A stretch of DNA of 63,424 nt, counting the filler, from Klebsormidium nitens (lineage: Eukaryota > Plantae > Klebsormidiophyceae): NCBI GenBank assembly GCA_000708835.1. It is 5 parts of 5 records of this genome, joined end to end, with 100 filler letters (N's around TTAATTAATTAA, not from the genome) between each part and the next. Parts side by side here need not be neighbours in the genome. Positions count along the whole stretch, not along the records: positions 41,805 to 55,413 come from DF238061.1; positions 55,514 to 61,760 come from DF238368.1; 3 more parts are not named here. One strand, given 5' to 3'. Under the pieces are notes generated by a model, which saw only the letters and a program-made list of their open reading frames with translations, was not told the origin of the DNA and did no database searches. This document shows positions 47,801-60,258 of the stretch, one piece after another. The stretch's first letter is position 1, and each line of letters begins with the position of its first letter. The position numbers were made by a program, and so were the translations under genes.

Positions 47801-50800
47801 TCCTTCCAACATTTAAACGAAGTCGTATAAATCTGTCACGGGCCTTGCTTTTGTCTTACCCTCTTCTCGCAGTGTGCAACAATGGTGTAATTCTTATATA
47901 CTGAATGGTGGTCGATGGGGTCTCATTAACTTTTTCGATCGCGCACAATTTACGCCACCTCTTGCATCTTCATCCCTCAAACCATTTCTGAGGTGGCAAG
48001 GACGAAGCTTCATTCGTTGGCTGGTAGAAGCCATTTAGCCATTTGCTTGCGCCTCCGATCCCATCGTTCGAATCCGTCGCTTTGAAATTCGATCCGCACA
48101 GACAAGATCGTCATGAGCGCGCTTGTTTCTTGCTTCGTTGGTCGAATTCCGTCACATATGCGCGCACAATTTTGTAAAATTAGATGAGGTTGGCAGTGAC
48201 GTCAGCGACTCTTCGAGCTAACGCTCGAAGCAGTCGGAATCTCCGGATGCCCTTACATCCTGGCCACCAAACTCCTCGACGTTTGCGCGCTTTAGGCTGT
48301 GCGCAATGAAGCTGCTCTCCGGTCCCACAACGGACGTTATACCAGAATAGCTTTGTTCAACCTGCGGTGTATTAGGGGGACGTAGCCCCACCTCGAACGG
48401 ATTCATCGGGGCGCTCTGACACTGCGCGGTACGTATTGCACGAGGGGCGCGCGAAGCTGCCGCACACGCGCGCGCGCGCGCCAAGCGCAGCTGACGGTCA
48501 GCGCAATTGGGCGATCGTTGTTGTCTGGCTCTTGACTGCTTTTGAACTTGTTTTGCATTGGGTGACGCATACGTTCTCGTGCGACGCGGCGCCTGTTCTT
48601 CGTCTCGCAAAGGTCCCTTGAGTACGCGTGCTGTCTTTCCAGTGTCTGGGACCAATTACACTGATGCTCTTTAGACTTCTTCTGAGAACGGGCCTCGCGG
48701 AGTCTCAATCCGGTGCGATCGAAGGTAGATTTCAGGTCGTTTGGCGACTGGTTTGACGGAAGGTAATACAATAGAGTGAGACTTCAAAAGCTCTCCGGGA
48801 ATTTCCACGTTGCTTGAGTTTGCTAAGAGTTCTGTGGGAATTATTCTCGTCACCTAGGATTCCTGACGAATTTTATTTTGTGAGACGAGTCTTGACAAGG
48901 TATCAAGGTCAAGGCTTCTTTGATTGCAAGACCCAAATGCCTTCGACCCTGAAGAAATGAAAGAGGTCAAAGCGACGTCAGAAGAGTCGAAGCGGATTCG
49001 TTTTCGTAAACTACTCTTGGCTGGTCAGTTTTGCTGATTCCAGCAATGCCCTGGTTTTAAGTTCTTAGGATTAGTACGTGCCCTGATCAATACAGAGGCG
49101 AGCGTTTCCAGCCACTCTGAAAACACGCTGACCTCTGACTGATGGGATTTTCAGGTACTTGCACATATTTTCTCATCAACGTGGTGAAAAGTCCGCTCGA
49201 ATTCACCAACCACACTTTGAGTACCTCAGTATAAGCTTTGTAACATCCGCGGGCTGTGACGAGACATGCAGTGGGCTCCTTCACCACACGAAATTGCGAT
49301 GTCGCTAATGCTAAGTGAAACGTTATGCACCATTTTCAAGGGGGCCCCTGTCTGCGGCCCCTCGTATTCGCAGAAACGGCGACCGCGCAACGCAGTATCA
49401 AGCATTTACTGAAGTCGCTGCGAGCGCCACTTTAATCATTAGTGCGGCGGCCAAGCGTAAATTGCTGAGCATTTCTACTTTCTCGTATTAAAAAGTTTTG
49501 CGCATGAGCGGCCGCGCGTGCGCAGCCTGGCCGCGGATGCGAGGATTGCCATCGGCCGCAAGGCTTCGTGTTGGGAAGAAGCGCGCGCGCGCGCACGCAC
49601 GCGAAGCTCACTCAGAGCCGACCATTTCGTCCGTTGCCTCGCTCCATGTGGATTGCCTCGTTCAAAAGTTAGGTGTACGGTCGTCGAACTTGGTTGAAGA
49701 ACTGAGCGTGACTCGGCAACCTGGCCACTCTATTGCATAAGTAGCGCCATGCTATTACCGCTAGTCATCCTCGAAATCCGCTTTGCCTTCCTATATTTTA
49801 CAGTTTTCAGTGGCTCTTTTCCAGGCCACTGAGCGGATTTTCCTGGGACGAAATGGAAGGCTCCGTTAGTATAATGACGTATCCTTGAATGGATGGCAGA
49901 CTTTCGGGTTCGTTCACGTCCTTTTGAGAATGAGTCATCTCGTGTCGTTCCCCTTGATTTGCGTTCCTTTGAAGGTGTGAATCTGCCTGAAGCTCTTTAC
50001 AGTACCTCGAGCTCGGAGCATTACGACTGTTTCCCTCTTGCTCACCTGTCCTCAAATGCGTGTCTGACGATCGAACTTTCGCTGTTGATGCCCAGGAAAC
50101 ACACGATCCTGGGCTGATGAGAGACCAAGCGCAGCTACTCTTGCAGAAAACCAGAAGAAAGAGACGGAGGCGCGGCTGAGTGGCAACTTGCATCTGGTCA
50201 AGTTCCTTTAAGAGCGGGCCATGAGGAGAACGTCAGAACGTGGGTCTTTTTCGTTGGCTCACATATTCTTTGACCGCTTCCATCTAAGCCTGCAGGGGCC
50301 GGACGAGATCTAGAATGGCCTGGCGAGATATTCTCGGAACTAGACCTCGAGATGGCTTGGAGTTCGATCAGTTTCAACTACTTCCAAGCAAGTGAAACTT
50401 TCCGGTTGTAACTAAAATTCCTTCACCGGGCTAGTTTGACACTAGCTCGTCCTGCGAGCTAGTGTCAAAACCTCTAGCTGGCTGAAGAGGAAAGGCCACT
50501 GTCTGCGAAGGCTACAATGTTTAGTCAAAACTCGTATGGGAGTGTTTCAGCAGCGTCTCGTTAAACCTGTGACGTCTCCTTACTTTAGGGTGTACTTGAA
50601 TGAGCAACCTCAAATAGACGGCTTTGATAGAATCGCATCTCGGACTTCTGCCCACGCAACGGATTTTCCTGACGCCCACAGTGTTAAAAGTGGACCAAAA
50701 TTGTCGATATTGACGTACAGGAATAGTTTGAAAGCGTTAAGGATTGTCTGCTGGCCGAATCAGCACAACCTAGCTAGGTGGTTGAAGTTTAGCAAAGACG

Positions 50801-52100
50801 CACGCTTCTTTGCGATCAGAAACTCCCCTGCGTCATGGCAGTGAGTGATGAAAGATACAGAAACCTCGGTTGCGCCAGCCTGAGGTTACGAGTGCTTCCC
50901 CATCAAAACCCCTGCATGGATAAAGCTCGAAGCAACCTTATCTGAAGCCCGGCGATGATCGGTTGGCACTTTGTGGCCCAGCTTGCTCGATCGTTTGAGG
51001 GGCAAGCTGTCTTGCGTTCCAGAAGCTAGTTCAAGGTTCTTCTTGATAGCATCGAGTACATCTCAGTATCATCATTGGGCTGGCCTATCTTTCAGGCCTG
51101 CTGAACGTCTGCCCGGGCCTGGAGCATTTCAGATTCAAATTAGCTTGCGCATGATGGACGAAAGTCATCAAGATCGTTCGCCTTTTCGTCTCAAAACATT
51201 ACCACTCATTTTCCATTCTTGCGAGTGTCCAGTTGGTTCTTGCTTGGAGCAATTGCACCAGTCCCTTGAAGATTTGAAGGGTCATGGGGACTGCTGATAC
51301 GAATCTGGCGCAGCTTCCTTCATCTCGTCAGACGATTCTCACCATGTGGATCACATCGCGGTACCGATTCTAGCCAGATTCTGGCCAGGTTCATTTCCTT
51401 ACCATTTTTTGCCAGTTCTTTACCTGAGATTTCTGAAATGGTTCCGTTCTTGACCGTCACTACATAGCGTACGTCTCGTTTATGTCGGTGCAGTTTGCCA
51501 TGGTCTGCAGTGTGCCGTTGAACAGATTATAAGTCCTGTGGGCAGGTTAAAAATTGGCCCATATGGATTCTAATCAGGCACGATTCGATGCCGGCCGCGT
51601 GGTTCTGGTTAATTTCGAATAACCTGCGTGACTTTTGCGGCAGTGGGAATCTCTCAACAATCACCTTTGGATTTCAGCCCACAAGGAGTCCGAGTCGTTG
51701 TGTAGCCGATGCCAAGAAAAGGTTCCCGGTATTCCAGTTGGCTGCAAAATTGAAGCATCTTTTAAGAGGCAATGACGGTTCGTCCCTTGAGCTCTGACCC
51801 AGATGACTTCAGCATGGAGTAACCTGATGCTGCCGGCCGAGCTATAAGTTCGTGGATGATTTCGCATAAACACCGTGACCTTGGCGGCAGAGAGAATTTA
51901 CCAGTGGGTCTCCGCCCACTTTAGGAATATTGGTAGCTACAGGAGCCGAATCTCGTAGGAGAATCGTGAGGAACTTATGTTCGAAAGGAGAAAGTGAGCC
52001 TCTCAAGCTGGTATGTTGTCGTATCAGAAGCACTTACCCTTAGCGCTAAGCGAATATACGGATTCGCGCCGATCATGCACGACTAGGCCGGTAGTTCTTG
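41805..52100 (+). repeat. Two diverged direct tandem copies of a ~5.2-5.7 kb unit (copy 1 ~41805-46900, copy 2 ~46950-52100), probably a decayed element or pseudogene
   Basis: Collinear matches: GACGAGTCTTGACAAGG at ~43577/48885, GGCAAGGACGA at ~42859/47996, GATCCTGGGCTG at ~44406/50106, GATATTCTCGGAACTAGA at ~44633/50325, ATGATCGGTTGGCACTTTGT at ~45228/50955, and GC-rich heads at ~41815/46990. No long ORF survives. Confidence 0.8.
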
Positions 52101-55100
52101 ATGAAAACGGGTAGCTTGTCTAAGGACATTCTACAAGGAAAGTCTACTGTAAGCAGTAAGTGAGGCCCTCAGTCTTGCTGCAGCGACCACATGCAATGCC
52201 TCCAATTGTATCTAGATCTAACCATGCTTTAGTAAGGGTGACTGTTCTGCTCTTCCTTTCACAACTAGATCCATCCCTTGTACGTACTAGGCGCTGCCAG
52301 TGGTGTCAGATTGATCGAAAGCTGAACAGCGTGCTGAAACTATTTTGACACCTTTGAAGCGCATGCAGCTCAGTGTCTATCCGTCGCGTACGTAACCAAT
52401 CAATTTCTCCATCAGAAATGGGAGCCGATGATCCTTCGCGTCAATTTAAATATATTCAACGCTAGGAGGGATAGTACTTGTGGCATACCTGCTTGTACAC
52501 AACTGGCACGTACATTTCCATACGGGTGGCAGGGACGACATAAACTTGGGACGAAAAGTACTCAAATATCCTTCTCCAGGTCTGATGTCAACGTATTTCC
52601 AACGCTTCTAGAGGACCCTCGCCCAACGAGTTCATAGATTCCAAAGATGTGCGGGAGCCTCGGTCAAGCCTTGGACTCAACCGGTTAACTTGGCATTGAC
52701 CTGGATCCCAATGATCTGCACGTACAAGCCACTGGCAGACCCCTTCCGCCTCAAGCCCAATATCAAGAACGCCTGTAAGCCATTCCTTGTTTGCCATACT
52801 CGGGTTGAGCTCTCGACGTACGCGTGTCGCCGGGGCGCCCATGCCTTGAAATTCTCGCCTGGGGTTCATGCTGTAGTTCGTCGTTTTGAAACGACTTTCC
52901 AGCGCCAATTCATAGTGGGTCTTGCATCGGGGCTTTGTTCATCGATCTGCCCTGTCCAAGTTGCCCTGATTATGGTTGCCGTCCCCAGCTTGAAGCGCAG
53001 AAGCCATGCCAGGAGCCAAGTTGAATACGGGGACTGCCTCTAACTAGAGGTTTAAAGATGTCGCGTCCTGCTTCCTTTCAGTTTCACATATGTCTTTTGC
53101 TTGGCCTCGATCGTACGTGCCTTGCAGATTGTCTTATACCGCCAAGAATCTGCTTAAGAACAGCCAGCGGAACTTGCCTAGGAGTATCACGGACAAGTTT
53201 CCGCAGAGTCTTCACTTCCTGGTTTTTGGAATTAATCTGAAACTCCTCTGTTGACCTCACCGAATCATACAAAGAGCACTTCTACCCAAAACGAATCGTG
53301 GTCACCCAGAGTGCAAATGGCAATGAAGACATGATCCTTGGGCCGCCGGGCCCAGAAGGGGTTCGTTAGTATGTGCAGCCTGATGCCAATAATCATTCGG
53401 AAAAGGAGCATACGTGTTCGAAGGCCGTGTCAGGTTAGTTTCCACACCTTTGGAAAAAGCCGGCTTACCTTGATTTTTTGATTTATTCTGCAACACTCCA
53501 CCCGTCCCCAGGCAGTCCGCTATCTCAACCTGGCTGTACCGTAACCCGAGATTGTAACCACTTCTTGTTTGATGGAGGCCGTGAGGACGAGGTAGCTGGG
53601 CGCGCGCGCGCTCTCCGCGGAGGCTGCCCAAAGTGGCAACAGCGCTCCCCCTGATGCCAGCATTCAGACGGTTCGATTCCTACGTCCAACATTTGGCCTT
53701 CCTCATGCCTTGTCATTCAGTTAGAAATTATCAGCTCTCCTGAGAGCTTTCTAAGACCTGTTTTAATCGGCGTGTTACACAGATCCTCGCGAGCGGGCAC
53801 CATCTAGAGTCTGGGATGCGTCTTCGATATCGGGACAAATAGGCCAGGGGTCGTTTCAAGGCGGGGCTAATCACACAATCCAAAATTTTAAGCTTCGAAA
53901 CGAAAGAATTGATAGCGCGCCAAAGCTACCACGTCCTTGGAATATTTCCCTGTATCGATCGAGCAAAGTGCCACGTGGCTGAAGTACCTAGATTGATCGG
54001 TTTCACCTTAATCAGCTTCTTTGCACCGTGCAAAGCAAATGTCTGGCCCAAATAACGGATTACGATCGGGTTCATGAGGGCTGGGATGAAAAACTGTGTG
54101 GCATCCAAGCTCAGCCCAACGAAGTATAGATACCTCCAGAGCCCTCAGATGTGCCTCATGAATTTTTTCTGCACAGGCTTCCTCGTGTTCTTCCCAGACT
54201 TTTTGGCAGTTCGGTTAATCTGTCCTTGATGTGACTATAGTAAAAACAAATGGATAAACAGTTTGTAAATTTTGGGACGAGGCAGGCTAACTTGCAGCTC
54301 GATCAACGAGAAGGCGTCCCTCAACTTGCCGCTTCAGCATAACAGACAATTGCACAGGTCGTAGTCCAGCGTCCAGACTCCAGCGCGCCTTCAAGTTGGC
54401 CGCGGCTGGACTCCGGGAGAGTAAGTTTTGATTCTACTTCCAACTGTAACGTCAGAACAGACCCAATTTCAAGCTTCCAAGTGACGGTTGAAGGATTCTG
54501 TCGGAATTTGTGTTACTAAACGGTTCTCGGTGGCTAGGGTGTGTTTCTTGCGTTGCTTGAACCAGAAAGTAGCCAGCAATCAAGATGTTTCTGCAACCCG
54601 TGATTTGCTGTTCGTTTCCATCTTCTATAGCAAAAGGCTTATTTATCTCAACCTTCCTCTTTGCTTGCTAGCTGACGCTCACTCTAAACCGAATCGAAGC
54701 CCACGTAGCCGCATGCAGACCACTGTTTCGTCACCTTAAAACCTGTCCCGTATGTACACTAACGGCGGCGGCTCTTCTATGTCATTCGCTCGAGAAGACT
54801 CGCAAGGAAGAAGGTGACCTTACTCAAATTTCCAATAAGTCAGCTCTTCTTTGACGCTTGAATCAGCTTAGATGGAGAAAGGTGTTCCAGTCAGTCGCAA
54901 TCCTTACTCCGTTTGCATAATTGAGGGACAAGTTCCAGGAACGTTCTATCGCACGGCACGGGCAATGAAAACAAAGTTGTTGTTTGGGCTGCAGCCCAAA
55001 ACCGCTTTGACCATACTTGACGCCTGTTCAACGGTGGCAACTTGAAATTACCGGCTTGGCGTGAATCTGAACCTCCGAGCACACTCGCTAGAAATGAAGG

Positions 55101-55413
55101 CCGGGAAATCAGTGTACTCGACACCGAGAATCTTACCTAGGCGGTCCGATCGATATCTTTTTGCTGTGGCAAGGAAGCCAAAGCTTGGGTCTCGCTACTG
55201 GCACTGCCCAAATTCGTAACCAGGACGAAGGTCCTCATGATGCAGCCTTTTAACCATCTCGTTTAGGTTACTGTTAGAAGTCGTTGACTCATAATGAGTC
55301 AGCCGACAGCTTATCGACGGCCCAGATACGTAGGCTCTAAAGTTAGTTAGATCGGACGGTAAAGAAGAGCCTAGAGCCCAAAGGTGTTGAACTTGGAATA
55401 GACCCAGTAACGA

Positions 55414-55513
55414 NNNNNNNNNNNNNNNNNNNNNNNNNNNNNNNNNNNNNNNNNNNNTTAATTAATTAANNNNNNNNNNNNNNNNNNNNNNNNNNNNNNN
55501 NNNNNNNNNNNNN
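55414..55513. other. Assembly gap with linker
   Basis: 100-nt N block. Confidence 0.97.
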
Positions 55514-55829
55514 AGGAAGAAAACAACAACTCAGGCTCAGAATAAGGGCAACTTGGAACAAGATGCGACTGCCTACAGACTCTTGTGCTCTAGCTGGCTC
55601 GATGGTGGCTGGTATTCAGAGGTGTGTCGATTCTCGTTCGTCACAACCAAGCTACCCAAGTATCAAAAAGCGGTCACGATGGCGCAAAGTCAACAAGTAC
55701 GAAGATCAGAAAACAGCAAATGCGTGGATCGAGAAGAGAAAGTTCCGCCGCTCCCAAACAATAGGAGATCCTTGAGCTTCCCCAGAAATGTGAAAACAAT
55801 GACTGGCTCTCTTGAAGAACGAGGCTGAC

Positions 55830-58484
55830 CTTTCTCAGCCTCGAGCGGCGGACCTTCCTCCACCTCAAGCTTCGTATTGGTGAAGTCAATGCCGAAGAAG
55901 GTGCAAATCTCCTCGAGGAGCCGGCAGTCCGCCCGTGCCAGAGCCCCCTCCACAATCCGCAGCTGGTCCCCTGACGCCCGCCACTCGGCAGGGGTGTAGC
56001 GGTTGTGGACGTGCTTCGACAGCTGCTGGTACACTTGGGTCAGCCGTCTCGCCACGTCCGCTGAGCGCTTGCTGCCTTCGATGTGCTGCGAAAGCGCCGT
56101 CAGGAGCGGGGCGTACGCCGCGTCGTTGAGGACTGACTCGAACTTGCGCGTCCGAGTGACGCGCGCAGTGGACGGGTTGGTGGCGGGCGGCAGCGTCTCG
56201 TAGAGGTCATCACCAACGTACTCTGCAAAAGCGAAATCAAGCTACAGTGATACTCAATCAACAGCAAAAAGACTTCGTAGGCAGATCCCGCAGCCCGTAC
56301 TGTCACCATGAAAGTCAGAGCGCATCCGCGAGCTTGAGTAGCGACTGGCTTGGTCTTTGAACCACGGCCCTTCTCTTCAATGCAAGCATTGGGACACCAT
56401 TCAGCCCTGACATCCACACGTTTCCCCAAATCTGTAGCTCAGGGACTACGTATTTGTTCTGCATTGGTTGCAGAGCACAAGCTTTCTGATCAGGCAGATA
56501 TTCAGGGGTTTATTTTCACGGAGGTTCCAGTCTCTCCACAGTCTAAGTTCGAGAACAGCTAGAGGCGTCCGCCATCTTGCTGAGGCATCATACCCATGGT
56601 AAGCGTTCACAGGAGGTGCGGAACGAAGACCCCTTCTACTCTGCTTCAGAGAGGCATTTCCAATCTAACCTATCCTCGACCAGATACCAAGCACAGGAAC
56701 TCCAACTCCAACTCACCCAGCAATCCGCGCATGTCGAAAAGGCCCTGCTTCTGCAAGTAGAGTGTGGTCTGCAGCCCGAGGCGCCTGGACATCCTCTCCA
56801 CCTCCACTCGACCATCCGCAATGACCTTCTCGCGCGCCACCAGCTCCTTCTGCGTCTTGATCACGTCTTCCTTGGTGTCTGCAATCTCCTTGCGGAGATC
56901 CGCCTTGGCGTCTGCCCACTCCCGCAGCTTGTTGTTGTACCACGCGGCCACCGAGATGACGATGGCAGGGGCGCACTCTTCCAGGGTACGCACCAACCAG
57001 GCCGGCAGGTTCTGGAAGACGCACACGGTTTGAGCAAGCTGCCACGAATGTTCACTCCAGCAATGCAAAGTAAGCATGCATCAAGCCATTGAAAGATTGC
57101 CTAGAAGCCAATGGGTCCTGGCTCCATCTCAACTGACGAGATGACGACGATGGGCTTGAAAGATACCTAACTTGTGAAAATTGACAAGATCATATCCGAG
57201 CAGTGTGGATTGCTTATCAAGCTTGCAAGGACATCGCCCACAGACAAGCCAAGGGGAGGGACAGCTACTCAACCGGCGCCATTTAACGGTCTGCAACGTG
57301 CTCAGCAAGGTGACTTGTCATTGCAAGACAGATCGCAATTGTCAACCTCAAGCTAATGAATTACCTGAAGCAGCTCCGGCTCGTGCAGGGTGGTGGTCCC
57401 CATACCCCTGTTGTCCCTCATGTTGTGCAGGCTCCGAATCCCTTCCCCTGTGCGCTGAGCATGAAAAAGGTCCGAGTCAGATGACATCAAAGTAGACAGC
57501 CTGAGCAGCACTTGATGAGTCAAGAATGGTCATGTATATGCAAAGCGTGCGCTCAAGGATGAAGGCTGCGACCTTAGCTTTCGCAATCTTATGAAACCTG
57601 ACCGCAAGCAGCCGGGTACACGGTGCGAAACCACCTGAAAGGAGTACAGAAGTTTCTCTATTCAGCGAGCCTGCCCAGGCACCTGCCTTCGCTGACAGGC
57701 AGAACTCAATTTGAGGAGTCTCATTCCTAACAGGTGTAAGAGCCTGTACACTGATGACCCCCACACTCAACCTTCCTGAGGGAGACACCCACAATCCTGA
57801 CGCTCTCAACCCTGGAGCTGTGGATTACGAACCAAGGGCCTGAAAGATATCTGCCGCTGAAGTCAGAGAAACGAACCCTACAAACCTTGTGTTGCTTGAT
57901 GGGCTTGCAAGGAGGGGAGGCTCGCACAAGCTAAGAAGAGGGGGACTGGTCAAGAAGCGTCACGACGAATTGTGGCAACGAGCTTCTGGGGAGGTCTCAA
58001 GAGAGAAGATACGAGTCTCTAGCAGATGGATTGCCTCATCATCGATGGGTTGGGCGCCAGTAACCACGGTCCGAGAGGTCTGAGTATAGAAACATTCCAG
58101 GTCAGTGACATCAAACTTATACAATCTAGGCAACAGTGAAGTGCACAGGGTGAAAATACTTCCCAAATGTAAACAAGGGTAAGGAGCCACAAGCTGTGGT
58201 CTGAAAACCTTTGCAGAAAGCGGTTCTATGGAACCAAAAAGCTCTTTTAATGCATTCTTATGAGAGTAAGGCAAAGCAAGAATCAACGATGCAGCCTGTT
58301 CAACAAGGGGTACACAATGGGCATCCACTTGTCCAGACGCCTACCCGACTGGAGTCAATCCCCCCTCTGCTGTAGTTGGTGGTCGTGAGCTGGTGCAGGG
58401 CCTGCGGGAGCTGCGCCTTGCCCGTCTCTCCCAGGGCAGTGGCGAGGGCCGCGGGCTTGTGGAGCTCAGCGGTTGCAGGGACGT
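55830..58484 (-). CDS. Hypothetical protein, internal exons: hydrophobic segment + coiled coil + helical domain (FDMRGLLE...VYQQLSKHVH)
   Basis: High-GC3 exons 58484-58345, 57011-56717 and 56222-55830 with canonical, phase-compatible junctions. Start and end exons are unresolved. Confidence 0.65.
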
Positions 58485-58972
58485 CTGCAGAATCATGGGG
58501 ACAGCACTATGGATCTACGAGAAGATTTGAAGGTTTTGGAAGTGATTCACGGAAGTGGTATTCAAACGGTGAAATGAACTTACAAAAGAACAGCTGAGGT
58601 TGGGAAGACAAGGAAGCCAGAGCAAAGACATCAGCGCAAAAGGGCAAAATGCAACTGCTGGCAGGGATCTGCACATTCTACTGGAAGGAAGCCGCCTCAA
58701 TCTTAAGGGCATGCAACTCTGGGTAATAACTGGCAGCTGAGCAGCTGGCAGCTCTGCAATCGCACGCTGTCTGCAAAAAACCTGCTTTCTGATCAGGGCC
58801 AGAGCTCGTTTTCTCTCTTTCTTTTGCTTTTCCTGCCAGAAACCCCCCCTCCAGCACAAGCTGCTCATCAGGCAGAGCTCACAAACTAGCATACGCCCGC
58901 TTCGTAAAGAGGTGGGAAACAGAAGCTAGCAACTTTCAGCAGCTATGCGATCAGAAGCATTTGGGGTCTGAC

Positions 58973-60258
58973 CAGGGGCGTCTCCCGAAAGTGCCGCGAG
59001 GCTGCCAGAAGCGCGTCTTCTCCAGCTGCTCTACGCAGCTTGGACGCTGCCACAATCTTTATGGCCTTGGTGATCTTCTGAAAGTTCACTTCATGCTCAC
59101 CTAGATCGCATCCACTCTTGACTTTTTTTGTGCAGATTAACAGCAATTCTGGCATCTTCGTGAGAGAATCCCTCCAAAGACTGGCTTCGCCTTCAACAGC
59201 CTTCAGAGAGCCCCAAACACTGCAATTCAGGTTCCCTGTAGGCCAGTAAACTTACCAGCAGGTTGTGACGCACTTCTGGAAGTAGTGGTGTGAAGATCAC
59301 TGCACATAACCAAGCGGATGCTAAGCGCATGCATGAGGCTGGCAACCAGGAATAAATCTAAGTGAATATCCCCGGCCTAACCATTCCGAAGGCTCTTGAT
59401 TCAGCAAAACGATTGGGAGGGAAGCCAATCGCAGAGCGTGGTTGCAACTAAACTGTCCACAAAAGGCGCGACTTTTTGGAGCTCTTTACAACAAACGAAG
59501 CCTGAGCATACCACAGCCTGCACAGCGAATTCTGGGATCGAGAATTTAGTAACGTTGAAAGGGCATCGCAGGCCTCCATTTGCAGACGACATGGACTGTT
59601 GCCAGCTTCACTGCAAGGGGGGCCCTGACCCATTTTACAAGTCCTCTCTAACAATTTGAAGTCAGTCAGCAGGGTTATCACCAGAAAGATCCTCGTAACC
59701 CTCCAACCGATTTGCCCCTGAAAATACTCGATGTTGCAATTTCAGAGACAAGACTTTTGTCAAGAAGCCCTTTGATCGGAGTAGAGGAAACCCTATTTCC
59801 ACTTCCCTTGCATATCAATCAGGTTGCCTCTTACATTCAGACATACTTGCTGACATTCTGATAATCTTAGCAGGCAGTCATCAACCTCCTCTTCAGCTGC
59901 GAGAGCCTCGTGCGCTTGACTGAACCCAGGATCAGCTGGACAGAATGCTGCACGCCGGAAGATTCCTACACGCCGGACAATCGTACACCGAGCAAACCCT
60001 TGCAAATCCAAACGACTTAGTAATACTTCCCTAGTTAACCTCATCCTTCAAGATCCTGCATTTGTACATCATATTTCACTGCTGTTCACCTGTTCTCCGT
60101 TTTCTCAGCAGAGAAAGTTGATACAAAAAAGAAGGGAAGAAAGCTCGCCTGTTCATGAGGTTCTGCACCGCAAGGGCTCCCCCGAGCTTCTGTTCCAGAG
60201 CCGGCGCCAATCCCTGAACGAGCCCAAGCACCCGCCGAGCTGCTCCCTGCATAGCCAT
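58973..60258 (-). pseudogene. Decayed 5-prime exons of mitochondrial ATP synthase F1 gamma subunit
   Basis: ~59148-58973 encodes ICTKKVKS..NFQKITKAIKIVAASKLR, resembling ISTQVVRNRMKSVKNIQKITKAMKMVAASKLR, followed by a frameshifted WQP...G.TP. 60258 starts a presequence-like MAMQGAARRVLGL. No intact downstream gamma exons were found. Confidence 0.65.

Noticed and set aside
51500-54200. Faint DIRS/RT-RNase H-like words on the minus strand (GAKKL, GIRLHI, LKQILG, WVRAQGTN)
   Set aside because: No intact YxDD, RNase H or YR motif; too degraded to support a call.
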